A stretch of DNA of 64,000 nt from Smithellaceae bacterium (GCA_963667845.2 CAXXVL010000002.1:2624001-2688000), one strand, 5' to 3'. Positions 30,564 to 41,567 are shown, counted from the stretch's first letter. Numbers and translations: made by a program. The notes: generated by a model from the sequence alone, not told the origin.

Positions 30564-31409
30564 TTAATCTTCCGGTTTCAGGTACGGCAGCGCCAGTTGA
30601 ACTTTTTTGAGGGCCTGCTTTTCAATCTGACGGGCGCGTTCGCGGGTGATATTGTATTTGTCGCCGATCTCCTGGAGGGTGAGCGGATCGTCCGCCATGA
30701 CGCGATGCTGGATGATATAGCTTTCCCTCTCATTGAGCTTGGCGAGAGCCCCGGCGATATCGCGCTTGACAAGGCCTCTTTCTTCATTCTTGATCAATAA
30801 CGTTTCCTGATCGTCGCCGTCATGGGTTAGAAAATCGAGATGAGATGTTTCGCCGTCATCATTGATAAATTCATTGAGCGATAAGTCCCGCGTGCCCATG
30901 CGCAAGTCCATTTCGGCGACTTCCGAACCCTTGACGCCGAGCGAATCAGCGATTTCACTGAACTCGGGATTCTTTTTCGATATTCGCTCCAACTGTTTCT
31001 TGGCCTGGCTCAATTTGAAAAAAAGTTTCCGTTGCGCCTGGGTTGTGCCGATTTTGACGATGCTCCAGGATTTGATCAGATAATTCTGGATATAGGCGCG
31101 AATCCACCAGACGGCATAAGAGATCAGCCGGTAGCCTTTATAAGGGTCGAATTTTTTAACGGCGTGAATCAGGCCGATATTTCCTTCTTGAATCAAATCA
31201 GCAAGTTTAAAACCATAGTTCCGGTATTCATGCGCGATCTTGACGACAAAGCGCAGGTTGGAGACGATCAATTTCTCGGCGGCTTCCATATCATTATATT
31301 TCTTCAGGCGCACCGCCAGCTTGAATTCTTCTTCAGGCGTTAAAAGCGGGAAGCGGTTGATCTCGGCGATGTAAATGTCCAGAGTGCCTGTGACGACGGG
31401 CAGCTTCAA
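30564..31409 (-). CDS. rpoH: RNA polymerase sigma factor RpoH (sigma32 family)
   Basis: DLIQEGNIGL, YAVWWIRAYI, RpoH box QRKLFFKL, RERARQIE; likely TTG start after GAGGAGG. Confidence 0.9.
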   Translation of the reverse strand: MKLPVVTGTLDIYIAEINRFPLLTPEEEFKLAVRLKKYNDMEAAEKLIVSNLRFVVKIAHEYRNYGFKLADLIQEGNIGLIHAVKKFDPYKGYRLISYAVWWIRAYIQNYLIKSWSIVKIGTTQAQRKLFFKLSQAKKQLERISKKNPEFSEIADSLGVKGSEVAEMDLRMGTRDLSLNEFINDDGETSHLDFLTHDGDDQETLLIKNEERGLVKRDIAGALAKLNERESYIIQHRVMADDPLTLQEIGDKYNITRERARQIEKQALKKVQLALPYLKPED

Positions 31410-31552
31410 CGTTGGATCCTCCTCAATAAATTTAGCATGGATATTTGTATCGAAGAGTGAATATGCGGTCAAGCATTTTGTTGATAATACTGGCTTCTTG
31501 ACACCTAAAGCTCCAATGTTTATTCTATAACAGAGCAGGCTAAGGAGTTGAA

Positions 31553-32425
31553 ATGAAATCAGTTAACAAGACGATGATTGAATCGGCGATCAAACTGACG
31601 AGGGAGGTTAAGGCGTGCAGTGTTCTCGTCTGCGTGGATGTGAAAAGCGAGATCGTGGAACTTCCGGATGACGTCCTGTCCTCCGTCCCATTCATTCTGG
31701 TCACGCAGGAGCATGAAGAATTGCCTGAGAAACTTGTCAGGTATTCGCGGAAGCTGGATGTTCCCAATGTGAATCTGACCCGTGTGGGAAAAATAAAGAT
31801 CGCGATTGCCAAGGGCATCGTGTCGGGCTTGTTCAAAAAAGGGGACAAAATCGTTTGCCTCTCGGGCGTGCCGAAATTCGGTTATGCCGACACCATCGTC
31901 TTCATCGATGTCGGCCGCGAATTTGAAATTCTGACATCCGATTTTATCGGCGACGTTGTGGAGGCCGTCCAGCCGGAGGTTTTCAATGCGGCGCTGAACA
32001 TCGCCTGCGAACTGGCCGCCCAGGGCAGGGAAAACCGGAAAGTGGGAACCATCTTTGTCCTCGGGGACGATGAAAAGGTTCTGCAGCTCTCCCGGCAGAT
32101 GATCATGAATCCGTTCTCCGGTTATTCGGAAGACGAGCGCAATATACTCAATCCGGAGCTGGAAGAAACCATCAAGGAATTTGCGGCAATCGACGGAGCG
32201 TTCATCATCAAGTCCAACGGAGTCATTGTCACGGCGGGCAGGCATCTCAGCGCTGCGCTCGAAAGCAAGGATTTCCCGCCCGGATTGGGCAGCCGGCACA
32301 TCGCGGCGGCCGGTATCACCAACGTTACCAGGGCCGTGGCCATGGTGATCTCGGAATCATCGGGTAACGTCAGCGTGTTCAAAAATGGCAAGTTGTTTGT
32401 GACGATTGAAAAACCAGTAGAATAG
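31553..32425 (+). CDS. Diadenylate cyclase (DisA_N/DAC domain, DacZ-like architecture)
   Basis: IDGAF and GLGSRHIAAA motifs, ISESSG; soluble N-terminal extension. Confidence 0.85.
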   Translation: MKSVNKTMIESAIKLTREVKACSVLVCVDVKSEIVELPDDVLSSVPFILVTQEHEELPEKLVRYSRKLDVPNVNLTRVGKIKIAIAKGIVSGLFKKGDKIVCLSGVPKFGYADTIVFIDVGREFEILTSDFIGDVVEAVQPEVFNAALNIACELAAQGRENRKVGTIFVLGDDEKVLQLSRQMIMNPFSGYSEDERNILNPELEETIKEFAAIDGAFIIKSNGVIVTAGRHLSAALESKDFPPGLGSRHIAAAGITNVTRAVAMVISESSGNVSVFKNGKLFVTIEKPVE

Positions 32426-32435
32426 AAAGAGGTAA

Positions 32436-35030
32436 ATGATGAGATTTGATAAATTCACGTTGAAAGTCCAGGAAGCGCTTCAGGACGCTCAGACACTGGC
32501 CGGAACGCTCGGCCACCAGGCCATTGAACCGGAGCATCTGCTTGTTTGTTTTCTGCAGCAGCAAGACGGCATCGCCGGCGCCGTCCTGACCAAACTGAAC
32601 GCATCACCCCAACGGGTGGAACAGGAACTGAACACCTATTTGAAAAAGCAGCCGAGTGTCGCGGGTGCCGGCACCGGGCAGGCATACCTGGGTGGCAGGC
32701 TCAATAAAATATTTGACAAGGCGACGGCGGAAGCGGCGCAGCTGAAGGACGAGTATGTCAGCGCCGAGCACGTCCTGGTGGCGATGGCCGAGGAAAAAGA
32801 AGGCCAGGTCGGAAAAATCCTGCGCCAGAATGGCATTACCAAGGACAATATTTATAAGGTCCTGGTCGATATCCGGGGCAATCAGCGGGTCACCGACCCG
32901 AATCCGGAAGGCAAGTATCAGGCGCTCGAGCGCTATGCCCGGGACTTTAATGAACTGGCGCGCAATGGGACGTTTGATCCCGTCATCGGCCGCGATGAGG
33001 AAATCCGGCGCGTGATGCAGGTGCTCTCGCGGCGGACCAAAAACAATCCGGTACTCATCGGTGAGCCCGGTGTCGGGAAAACGGCCATTGTGGAAGGCCT
33101 GGCACAGCGCATCGTCAACGGGGACGTCCCGGAGAGCCTGAAAAGCAAGCGTGTGATCGGTCTGGATATCGGCGCGCTGATCGCCGGTGCGAAGTATCGC
33201 GGCGAATTTGAGGAAAGACTCAAAGCCGTTTTGAAGGAAGTGACGAGCGCCGCGGGAGAGATTATTCTGTTTATCGATGAAATCCATACCATGGTCGGCG
33301 CCGGCGCGTCGGAAGGTTCCATGGACGCCTCCAACATGCTCAAACCCGCACTGGCGCGGGGCGAGCTGCGCTGTGTGGGTGCGACAACGCTCAACGAATA
33401 CCGCAAGTACATCGAGAAGGACGCGGCCCTCGAGCGGCGTTTCCAGCCGGTGCTGGTCAAGGAACCGACGGTGGAAGATACGATCGCCATTCTGCGCGGC
33501 CTCAAAGAACGCTATGAAGTGCACCACGGCGTGCGCATCAAGGATTCGGCCATTGTTGCCGCGGCCACGCTGTCGCACCGTTATATTACCGACCGGTTCC
33601 TGCCGGATAAGGCTGTCGATCTGATCGATGAAGCGGCCTCCCGGCTGAGAATCGAGCTGGACTCCATGCCGTCGGAGATCGACGCTGTCGACCGTAAGAT
33701 TATTCAGATGGAAATCGAAAAGCAGTCGCTCAAAAAGGACACGGATAAGGCGGCCAAAGAACGGCGCGACAAAATCGAAAAAGAACTGGCGGAACTCAAG
33801 TCCAGCATGGATCAGATGAAAGTGCACTGGTCCGCCGAAAAAGACATCATCAAGAAAATACAGCAGGTCAAGAGCCAGGTGGAAGCCCTGAAAACTGAAG
33901 AAGCCAGCGCTCAGCGGCAGGGCGATCTGGCGAAGGCCGCGGAAATCCGCTACGGCAAACTGGTGGCTCTGGATAAAGCCTTGCAGGACGATCAGAAGAA
34001 ACTCGAGGAAATTCAAAAGGGCAACCAGATGCTTAAGGAAGAGGTGGATGCCGAGGACGTGGCCGAAGTCGTCGCCAACTGGACAGGCATCCCGCTTAAC
34101 CGCATGATGGAGAGCGACGTGCAGAAGCTCATCCACATGGATGAGAGGCTCAAGATGCGCGTTATCGGCCAGGATGACGGCATTAAGGCTGTATCCGACG
34201 CACTGAGAAGGGCGCGCGCCGGTTTACAGGATCCGAACCGCCCCATCGGCTCGTTTATTTTTCTGGGTCCGACGGGTGTCGGCAAAACGGAACTGGCAAG
34301 AGCGCTTGCGGAATTCATGTTCGATAATGAGCAGGCCATGATCCGGATCGACATGTCGGAATACATGGAAAAGCACGCCGTGGCGCGTCTGATCGGCGCT
34401 CCGCCCGGCTATGTCGGTTATGACGAGGGGGGCTATCTTACGGAGGCCGTCCGGCGCAAGCCTTACAGCGTTCTCCTTTTCGATGAAATTGAAAAGGCGC
34501 ATCCGGATGTCTTCAATATCCTGCTCCAGATCCTCGATGACGGCAGGTTGACGGACGGGCACGGCCGTACAGTGGACTTCAAAAATACGGTTGTGATCAT
34601 GACATCCAATGTCGGCAGTCAATGGATTCAGGATCCGTCTCTCAGCGACGAAGACAAAAAGAACCGGTCCATGGAGGTGTTGCGCGCGACTTTCAAACCG
34701 GAGTTCTTAAACCGCATTGACGATATCATCATGTTCCATGGATTGACTCTGGAGGATATTCATCGAATCGTCGGCATCCAGTTGGGGCTGATTGACAAGC
34801 GGCTGCAGGAGCGCAAACTCAGCATCGAATTGACAGAAGCGGCGAAAAAATATATAGGCGAGCAGGGTTACAGCCCGGTGTACGGTGCGAGACCTCTGAA
34901 ACGGGCGCTGCAAAAGCTCATCTTGGATCCACTGGCGCTCGATATTCTGGCGGGCAAATTCGCAGAGGGTGATCATGTCACCATCGGCGTATCCAAAGGG
35001 GAGATTACATTCAACAAGAAAGCCCGATAG
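32436..35030 (+). CDS. clpB: Chaperone ClpB
   Basis: Two AAA modules ([16 protein letters not shown]), coiled-coil M domain, GARPLKR. Confidence 0.97.
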   Translation: MMRFDKFTLKVQEALQDAQTLAGTLGHQAIEPEHLLVCFLQQQDGIAGAVLTKLNASPQRVEQELNTYLKKQPSVAGAGTGQAYLGGRLNKIFDKATAEAAQLKDEYVSAEHVLVAMAEEKEGQVGKILRQNGITKDNIYKVLVDIRGNQRVTDPNPEGKYQALERYARDFNELARNGTFDPVIGRDEEIRRVMQVLSRRTKNNPVLIGEPGVGKTAIVEGLAQRIVNGDVPESLKSKRVIGLDIGALIAGAKYRGEFEERLKAVLKEVTSAAGEIILFIDEIHTMVGAGASEGSMDASNMLKPALARGELRCVGATTLNEYRKYIEKDAALERRFQPVLVKEPTVEDTIAILRGLKERYEVHHGVRIKDSAIVAAATLSHRYITDRFLPDKAVDLIDEAASRLRIELDSMPSEIDAVDRKIIQMEIEKQSLKKDTDKAAKERRDKIEKELAELKSSMDQMKVHWSAEKDIIKKIQQVKSQVEALKTEEASAQRQGDLAKAAEIRYGKLVALDKALQDDQKKLEEIQKGNQMLKEEVDAEDVAEVVANWTGIPLNRMMESDVQKLIHMDERLKMRVIGQDDGIKAVSDALRRARAGLQDPNRPIGSFIFLGPTGVGKTELARALAEFMFDNEQAMIRIDMSEYMEKHAVARLIGAPPGYVGYDEGGYLTEAVRRKPYSVLLFDEIEKAHPDVFNILLQILDDGRLTDGHGRTVDFKNTVVIMTSNVGSQWIQDPSLSDEDKKNRSMEVLRATFKPEFLNRIDDIIMFHGLTLEDIHRIVGIQLGLIDKRLQERKLSIELTEAAKKYIGEQGYSPVYGARPLKRALQKLILDPLALDILAGKFAEGDHVTIGVSKGEITFNKKAR

Positions 35031-35054
35031 ACTACAGACGATCAGGCTGTTAGG

Positions 35055-35128
35055 TGTAGGGAACGGCTTGTGACCTCGCGTGGCCTTTAGGTTATTAGCT
35101 GGTCAGGTTATCGCGACCGTTTCCTGCA
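35055..35128. repeat. GTAG-type REP-like palindromic hairpin
   Basis: TGTAGGGAACGG ... CCGTTTCCTGCA imperfect inverted repeat in the clpB-DUF1844 spacer. Confidence 0.5.
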
Positions 35129-35150
35129 AAAATATCGATGGGGAGGATTT

Positions 35151-35540
35151 ATGGAGGAAGAAAAAAAAGGCGAAGGATTTGTCATCAAGGATAAACGTTT
35201 TTCAGAAGAGTCGGCCCCGAAAGAAGAACCGGCGGCCCCGAAAGGTTCTCCCGAAAAAGAGAATATAGAAAAACCCGCCGGCGAACCGATGGATTACCCG
35301 CCGGTCAACTTCACCAATTTCGTTATATCGCTCAGTACCTCAGCTCTCTTTCATTTCGGCGATTTCCCCGAATACGAGGGGGAAAAGGCAGAGAAGAATC
35401 TTCCGGCAGCTAAACAGACGATTGATATTCTGGATATGCTTCATGAGAAAACCAAAGGGAATCTGGATCAAAATGAAGCGAGCTTAGTGGAAGGCGTCCT
35501 GTACGAGCTGAAAATGCGCTATGTGAAAGAAAAGGGCTGA
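35151..35540 (+). CDS. DUF1844 family protein
   Basis: GFVIKDKRF, NFVISLSTSALFHFG, AKQTIDILDML.EKTKGNL, LYELKMRYV. Confidence 0.85.
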   Translation: MEEEKKGEGFVIKDKRFSEESAPKEEPAAPKGSPEKENIEKPAGEPMDYPPVNFTNFVISLSTSALFHFGDFPEYEGEKAEKNLPAAKQTIDILDMLHEKTKGNLDQNEASLVEGVLYELKMRYVKEKG

Positions 35541-35541
35541 A

Positions 35542-36384
35542 ATGCGAAGGCTCGCGCCCGCAAAAATTAATCTTTTGCTGCGCGTTCTCAGGAAGCGCCC
35601 TGATGGTTATCACGATCTTGCTTCCCTGATGCAGCAAATATCAATCTACGATGAATTAACCTATTCCCTCCGACCGGAGGGAATTTTCCTTCAATGTCCC
35701 GGGACGGACCTCCCGACGAATGAGGACAATCTGATTTACCGCGCCGCCCAGGCGCTTTTTCATTATACGGGATACAAGGCCGGCGTTGAAATCGTCCTCA
35801 CCAAGCGTATTCCGTCCGCTGCCGGCTTGGGCGGCGGAAGCTCCGATGCGGCAACGACTCTGATGGCCGTAAATGACCTGTGTTCATTCAGACTCGGCAA
35901 GACGGATCTCATGAAACTGGGAGCAAAGCTGGGTGCTGATGTTCCTTTTTTTATTTTCGGGAGCTCGGCATTCGCCACCGGCATCGGTGATCAACTTCAA
36001 GCCCTGTCCGATTTGCCCGAACTCAACATGGTTTTAATCAATCCCGCCTTTCCCCTCTCCACAAAAACGGTTTATGAAAATCTCAATTTAGCATTGACAA
36101 AGAAAAAAAATAATTATAGCATTCCGCGATTTTACGCATTAGGCGACGTTGTTCGGGAATTGCATAATGATTTAGAATCGGTATCGCTCCAGATGCATCC
36201 CGGACTGAACGATTTCAAGCAAATGCTGATAAAAGAAGGCGCCCTAGGTGCTTTGATGTCGGGCAGTGGCCCCACGCTATTTGGCATTTTTGCGGACAAA
36301 AAATCGGCTGAAGAAGCGCGGGAGGCTATTTCAAAAAAAGTTTCCGGAGAATGTCTGGTCTTCTTTGCCCAATCACTGAAGTAG
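35542..36384 (+). CDS. ispE: 4-diphosphocytidyl-2-C-methyl-D-erythritol kinase
   Basis: APAKINL, RPDGYHDL, AGLGGGSSDAA, LGADVPFF, MSGSGPT. Confidence 0.96.
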   Translation: MRRLAPAKINLLLRVLRKRPDGYHDLASLMQQISIYDELTYSLRPEGIFLQCPGTDLPTNEDNLIYRAAQALFHYTGYKAGVEIVLTKRIPSAAGLGGGSSDAATTLMAVNDLCSFRLGKTDLMKLGAKLGADVPFFIFGSSAFATGIGDQLQALSDLPELNMVLINPAFPLSTKTVYENLNLALTKKKNNYSIPRFYALGDVVRELHNDLESVSLQMHPGLNDFKQMLIKEGALGALMSGSGPTLFGIFADKKSAEEAREAISKKVSGECLVFFAQSLK

Positions 36385-36413
36385 ATGTTATTATTAATTT
36401 AATAGAGAGACGA

Positions 36414-36488
36414 TGGGGCGTCGTCAAGCGGTAAGACACAGGATTTTGGTTCCTGCACTCGGAGGTTCGAATCCTCCCGCCCCAGCCA
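36414..36488 (+). tRNA. tRNA-Gln (TTG)
   Basis: TGGGGCG acceptor, CAGGA-TTTTGGT-TCCTG anticodon arm, GGTTCGAATCC, CCA end; conserved ispE-tRNA-prs context. Confidence 0.97.
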
Positions 36489-36514
36489 AAAATGATTAGC
36501 GGAGAACTATTTAA

Positions 36515-37456
36515 ATGCTAGAAAGAATAAGAATTTTTTCCGGAAACGCCAATATCGAACTCGCCAAAAAGATTTGTGATAAACTGGTCGTCCCACTGGG
36601 TAAAGCCAATGTCACGACATTCAGCGACGGAGAAACGCGCGTTGAGATCAACGAAAACGTCCGGGGTATGGATGTCTTTATCATTCAATCCACCTGTTCG
36701 CCGGTAAACGTGTCGTTGATGGAGCTGCTGATTATGATCGACGCCATGAAAAGGGCGTCGGCCGATCGCATTACGGCGGTTGTTCCTTATTACGGATATG
36801 CCAGGCAGGACCGAAAAGTTGCGCCGCGCGCGCCCATTTCGGCAAAATTAGTGGCCGATCTGATTACCACTGCCGGTGCTCAGCGCCTGTTGGCTATGGA
36901 CTTACATGCCGGCCAGATTCAGGGTTTTTTCAATATCCCCGTCGACAACCTGTTTGCCACACCCGTTTTGATTGATTACATGAAGAGACATTATATGGAT
37001 GATACGGTCGTGGTTTCACCGGATACCGGCGGCGTCGAAAGAGCACGCGCTTTCGGTAAAAGGCTGGGTGCGTCTCTGGCCATCATCGATAAACGGAGAG
37101 AAGGTCCGAACGAAGCCCAGGTGATGAACATTATCGGTAACATTAAGGGGAAGAGGGTCATCATTCTCGACGATATGGTCGATACGGCGGGGACGGTTGT
37201 CCAGGCGGCCAATGCGTTGACGGCTGCCGGCGCTCTTGAAGTATCCGTCTGCTGTACGCATCCGGTGTTGTCGGGTCCGGCACTTGACCGCATTGAAGGC
37301 TCCTGCATCAAGGAATTTATCGTCACGGATACGATACCGCTCAGCGAGCGGGCTGCGAAGTGTGAAAGAATAAAAATATTATCGGTGTCCGGTCTCCTGT
37401 CCGAGGCCGTACGCCGCATATATTATAACGATTCAGTAAGCTCATTATTTATTTAG
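36515..37456 (+). CDS. prs: Ribose-phosphate pyrophosphokinase
   Basis: [34 protein letters not shown]. Confidence 0.98.
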   Translation: MLERIRIFSGNANIELAKKICDKLVVPLGKANVTTFSDGETRVEINENVRGMDVFIIQSTCSPVNVSLMELLIMIDAMKRASADRITAVVPYYGYARQDRKVAPRAPISAKLVADLITTAGAQRLLAMDLHAGQIQGFFNIPVDNLFATPVLIDYMKRHYMDDTVVVSPDTGGVERARAFGKRLGASLAIIDKRREGPNEAQVMNIIGNIKGKRVIILDDMVDTAGTVVQAANALTAAGALEVSVCCTHPVLSGPALDRIEGSCIKEFIVTDTIPLSERAAKCERIKILSVSGLLSEAVRRIYYNDSVSSLFI

Positions 37457-37470
37457 GAGGAATGGGGTAA

Positions 37471-38130
37471 ATGGAAATCACCGATTTAGCGGCGGAAGTC
37501 CGTAAAGAACAGAAGAAAGGTCCAGCCCGCCGATTGCGGCAGCAGGGATTTGTGCCGGCTATTTTTTACGGCGGATCCACTGAAAATATACAGCTGGCCG
37601 TGAAGAGCAGTGACCTGCAGAAACTGCGCAAAGAAAAAAAAGTTCATGCCTTTATCAAGTTAATTATTGATGACGGCGGCAACAAAATCGAGAAGCTTTC
37701 TTTAATAAAAGAATTGCAGACTCAGCCCTTAACGGGAAAACTATTCCACGCGGACTTTTATGAAGTCGATATGAAGAAGAAGCTGGCCTTTGACGTCACC
37801 TTGAACTTCGTCGGCAAAGCCATCGGCGTGGAAAACGGCGGTGAATTGCAGCACATCAAGCGGGAAATTAAAGTTTTATGTCTGCCTGCGGATCTGCCGG
37901 ATCATATCGACGTGGATATAACGGCGATCGAGATTGGTCATTCCATCAAAGTTAAGGATATCGCAGTTCCCGAGACGATGACCGTTATGGATATTCCGGA
38001 TGCCGCAGTCGTATCCGTGGCGGCGGTCAAAGTTGTAAAGGTTGAAGCTGCTGAAGCAGTTCCGGCCGAGGGTGAAGCGGCTGCCGCGGCTGAACCGGCG
38101 AAAGACGAAAAGAAAGAAAAGGAAAAATAA
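37471..38130 (+). CDS. rplY: 50S ribosomal protein L25/Ctc
   Basis: ARRLR..GFVPAIFYG, HADFY, GVENGG, LPDHIDVDI. Confidence 0.95.
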   Translation: MEITDLAAEVRKEQKKGPARRLRQQGFVPAIFYGGSTENIQLAVKSSDLQKLRKEKKVHAFIKLIIDDGGNKIEKLSLIKELQTQPLTGKLFHADFYEVDMKKKLAFDVTLNFVGKAIGVENGGELQHIKREIKVLCLPADLPDHIDVDITAIEIGHSIKVKDIAVPETMTVMDIPDAAVVSVAAVKVVKVEAAEAVPAEGEAAAAAEPAKDEKKEKEK

Positions 38131-38216
38131 GCTTCAAACCATAAATTGGGCGGGAGAGCATGTTTCCCTCTGGATTGGCAAAATTTTTTTCGCGGTTTCG
38201 GAAAGAGGGGGAACGC

Positions 38217-38810
38217 GTGGTTTATCTGATTGTTGGTTTGGGTAATCCCGGCAGGCGCTATGCGGCAACCCGGCACAATATCGGATTTATGGTGCTCGAG
38301 AAGCTGGCCGCCAAGCTGGAAATAGATTTAAAGCAGAAGAGTTTTAACTCCTTATGGGGCAAAGGCAATCTAGCAGAGCACAGTATCCTTCTGGCCGAGC
38401 CTCAAACATTCATGAATTTGAGTGGTACTGCAGTCAGGCAATTGCAGTCGTTCTTTAAAACGGATATCAGCAATCTCATTGTTATTCACGATGACCTTGA
38501 CCTTCCGTTCGGGTCAGTTCGACTGAAAACGGGAGGAGGGACTGCCGGTCATAAAGGGCTGGCATCTATCGAGTCTAACTTGGGAACTACCGGTTTTATT
38601 AGAGTCAGACTGGGTATTGGCAAACCAGTTGACAAATCGCGAATTGAGGGTTATGTGTTGGAACCCTTCCGGCAGGAAGAGCAAGAGGTGCTACCGGATA
38701 TTATCAGTCTGGCCGCCGATGCAAGCGCTGAAATTGTTTTGAGTGGTCTGCAGAAAGCGGTAAGCAAGTACCAGACAAAAAATATAAAATTTTCGAAAAA
38801 GGAGGACTAG
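38217..38810 (+). CDS. pth: Peptidyl-tRNA hydrolase
   Basis: LIVGLGNPG, TRHNIGF, TFMNLSG, HDDLDLP, GHKG; GTG start inferred. Confidence 0.96.
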   Translation: MVYLIVGLGNPGRRYAATRHNIGFMVLEKLAAKLEIDLKQKSFNSLWGKGNLAEHSILLAEPQTFMNLSGTAVRQLQSFFKTDISNLIVIHDDLDLPFGSVRLKTGGGTAGHKGLASIESNLGTTGFIRVRLGIGKPVDKSRIEGYVLEPFRQEEQEVLPDIISLAADASAEIVLSGLQKAVSKYQTKNIKFSKKED

Positions 38811-38813
38811 TTA

Positions 38814-41249
38814 ATGTTTAAGACCAAACGAAGTATCTGGACATTTTTACTGAGCGGTTTGATAATTCTGCTCGCAGCCGGTGCCGCTTTTGCCGGTGAG
38901 GCAAACATCAAGCTGCCTGATTTGACTCAGGTTAAGTTTTTTGGTGGCGCCCTTGGTGGGACAACCATTCTTAACTTCGGGTTGCTTATCTGCCTGGTCG
39001 GTTTAGGATTCGGTTTCATGCAGTACTCGCAGACAAAAAATCTGCCTGCGCACAAGTCCATGCTGGATGTTTCCCAGACCATTTGGGAAACCTGCAAGAC
39101 TTATCTTTTACAGCAGGGAAAATTCCTGCTCGCTTTGTGGATACTGATTGCCATTTGTATTATTTACTATTTCGGCGCTCTTTCGCATATGGGTGCATCA
39201 AACGTGATCATCATCCTGTTTGCTTCCGTCATCGGTATTCTTGGTTCCTATGCGGTGGCCTGGTTCGGGATTCGTATCAACACGGTCGCTAACTCCCGCG
39301 CCGCTTTTGCCTCTCTTTCCGGCAATCCCCTCAACATCGTCAATATCTGCCTGCGTTCCGGTATGAGCGTAGGACTCGTTCTGGTCAGCATTGAGTTGTT
39401 TGTCATGCTCATCATTCTGGTTTACGTTCCCCAGGCAGTGGCCGGCGCCTGTTTCATCGGCTTCGCCATTGGTGAATCGCTGGGTGCTTCCGTGCTGCGT
39501 ATCTGCGGCGGTATTTTCACCAAGATTGCCGACATCGGTTCCGACCTGATGAAGATCGTCTTCCATCTTCCCGAAGACGACCCGAAAAACCCCGGTGTTA
39601 TCGCCGACTGTACGGGTGACAACGCTGGTGACAGCGTCGGTCCCTCGGCGGATGGTTTTGAAACTTACGGCGTGACCGGTGTTGCCCTGATCACCTTCCT
39701 GGCTCTGGCGCTGGCTTCCACCCCGGAGATGGGCGGTCGTTTGATCGTCTGGATTTTCGCCATGAGAATCCTCATGATTCTGACCTCGCTTGCCTCTTAC
39801 TTCATCAATGACGGTATCAGTCAGGCCGCTTTTGGTGGTAAAAAAGAATTCAATTTTGAACATCCGTTAACCAATCTGGTTTGGATCACTTCGCTCGTTT
39901 CCATCGCCGTTACGTTTATTGCCAGCTATTTTCTGCTGGGCGACCTGCCGGCACAGTATGCTGGTTTGTGGTGGGCCCTGGCTGTTATCATCAGTTGCGG
40001 AACCATCGCCGGCGCTTTGATTCCGGAATTTACCAAAATATTCACCAGTACGTCTTCACGTCACTGCGAAGAAGTTGTTAATGCTTCCAAGCAGGGCGGT
40101 GCTTCGCTGAACATTCTTTCCGGTCTGGTTGCCGGTAACTTCTCCGGTTTCTGGCTGGGTATGGTTATTATGTTCTTGATGTTCATCGCGTACATGGTGT
40201 CGAAGCAGGCGGCCGTTCTGGCGATCATGCCCGCGGCTTTCGTATTTGCCGCGCCCGTGTTTGCTTTCGGTCTGGTTGCCTTCGGTTTCCTGGGCATGGG
40301 TCCCGTGACCATCGCGGTCGACAGTTTTGGTCCGGTATCGGATAACGCGCAGTCCATTTATGAACTGTCTCTGATCGAATCCCGTCCTGATACGAAAGCT
40401 GTTGTTAAGAAAGAATATGGTATTGAACCGAATTTTGAATCGGCCAAGCACTTCCTGGAATCTGCAGATGGTGCGGGCAATACCTTCAAAGCGACGGCCA
40501 AGCCCGTGTTGATCGGTACCGCCGTTGTCGGCGCCACCACCATGGTGTTCGGCATCATCATTATGCTCGAAGGTCTCTTCGGCAATGTCATCGCTAAACT
40601 TTCGCTGGTTCAACCGGAAATTATTCTCGGTCTGATTGCCGGTGGTAGTGTTATTTACTGGTTCTGCGGCGCATCCATTCAGGCAGTTGTCACCGGCTCT
40701 TATGAAGCGGTTGTGTACATTAAGAAGAACATCAAACTGGACAAGAAGGAAGCTTCGATTGAAGACTCCAAGGAAGTCGTCAAGATTTGTACCCAGTATG
40801 CTCAAAAGGGTATGATCAACATCTTCATCGTGATCTTCTTCATGTGTCTGGCGTTCTCCTTCTTTAACCCCTACTTCTTCATCGGTTACCTGATCGGCAT
40901 CGCCTTCTTCGGTCTGTTCCAGGCGATCTTCATGGCCAACGCCGGCGGTTGCTGGGACAACGGCAAGAAGATTGTTGAAGTTGACCTGAAGATGAAGAAC
41001 ACCCCGCTGCACGAAGCCAGCGTTGTCGGCGACACCGTCGGCGACCCCTTCAAAGATACGTCTTCTGTTTCTTTGAACCCGATCATCAAATTCACGACTC
41101 TGTTCGGTCTCTTGGCAACGGAAATCGCCGTTACCATGACGAATGCGAATTTGAAATTGGGTCTGGCCATTGTCTTCTTGCTGATCGCTCTTGTTTTCGC
41201 GTATCGTTCTTTCTACAGCATGAGAATCTCCGCTGAAAAACTGGGCTAA
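38814..41249 (+). CDS. hppA: Membrane-bound ion-translocating pyrophosphatase (long, divergent type)
   Basis: GGIFTKIADIGSDL, EDDPKNPGVIADCTGDNAGD, GNTFKATAK, GGCWDNGKK, GDTVGDPFKDT. Confidence 0.95.
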   Translation: MFKTKRSIWTFLLSGLIILLAAGAAFAGEANIKLPDLTQVKFFGGALGGTTILNFGLLICLVGLGFGFMQYSQTKNLPAHKSMLDVSQTIWETCKTYLLQQGKFLLALWILIAICIIYYFGALSHMGASNVIIILFASVIGILGSYAVAWFGIRINTVANSRAAFASLSGNPLNIVNICLRSGMSVGLVLVSIELFVMLIILVYVPQAVAGACFIGFAIGESLGASVLRICGGIFTKIADIGSDLMKIVFHLPEDDPKNPGVIADCTGDNAGDSVGPSADGFETYGVTGVALITFLALALASTPEMGGRLIVWIFAMRILMILTSLASYFINDGISQAAFGGKKEFNFEHPLTNLVWITSLVSIAVTFIASYFLLGDLPAQYAGLWWALAVIISCGTIAGALIPEFTKIFTSTSSRHCEEVVNASKQGGASLNILSGLVAGNFSGFWLGMVIMFLMFIAYMVSKQAAVLAIMPAAFVFAAPVFAFGLVAFGFLGMGPVTIAVDSFGPVSDNAQSIYELSLIESRPDTKAVVKKEYGIEPNFESAKHFLESADGAGNTFKATAKPVLIGTAVVGATTMVFGIIIMLEGLFGNVIAKLSLVQPEIILGLIAGGSVIYWFCGASIQAVVTGSYEAVVYIKKNIKLDKKEASIEDSKEVVKICTQYAQKGMINIFIVIFFMCLAFSFFNPYFFIGYLIGIAFFGLFQAIFMANAGGCWDNGKKIVEVDLKMKNTPLHEASVVGDTVGDPFKDTSSVSLNPIIKFTTLFGLLATEIAVTMTNANLKLGLAIVFLLIALVFAYRSFYSMRISAEKLG

Positions 41250-41273
41250 TCAGGAAGTTTAACCCTTAACCTC

Positions 41274-41307
41274 AAAAGGCGCTCCCGAAACGGAGCGCCT
41301 TTTTTTT
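41274..41307 (+). terminator. Intrinsic terminator after hppA
   Basis: AAAAGGCGCTCC-loop-GGAGCGCCTTTTTTTT. Confidence 0.9.
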
Positions 41308-41567
41308 GGATTCAGATCACTTGCCTCAACATTAAGCATGCGAGTTGAAACCCGCCATAGATAAGCTTTTCCTGCAAATGACGACTTCAATAAATAATTG
41401 ATTATTATTCGGTAAAATCAAAGATGCCTATTAGGGGTTTCTGCGAAATAATATTTTCTTAAAGAAAGTGGATCTTTAAGATAATGTATCATTTCTTAAA
41501 AATATTTTCTTAAAAATAAGACTTACGCGGTCTGCCCGGATTCAGAAGATCAGCCAAAGAGCAGGTG

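Noticed and set aside
31410..31552. CIRCE/HrcA operator between rpoH and dac-clpB
   Set aside because: Only a partial TTAGCA half-site; no correctly spaced GAGTGCTAA
32604..34136. Long antisense ORFs (here over clpB; also over iorA, hppA, thiolase, TRAP permease)
   Set aside because: Shadow frames of well-supported genes, with no recognisable motifs
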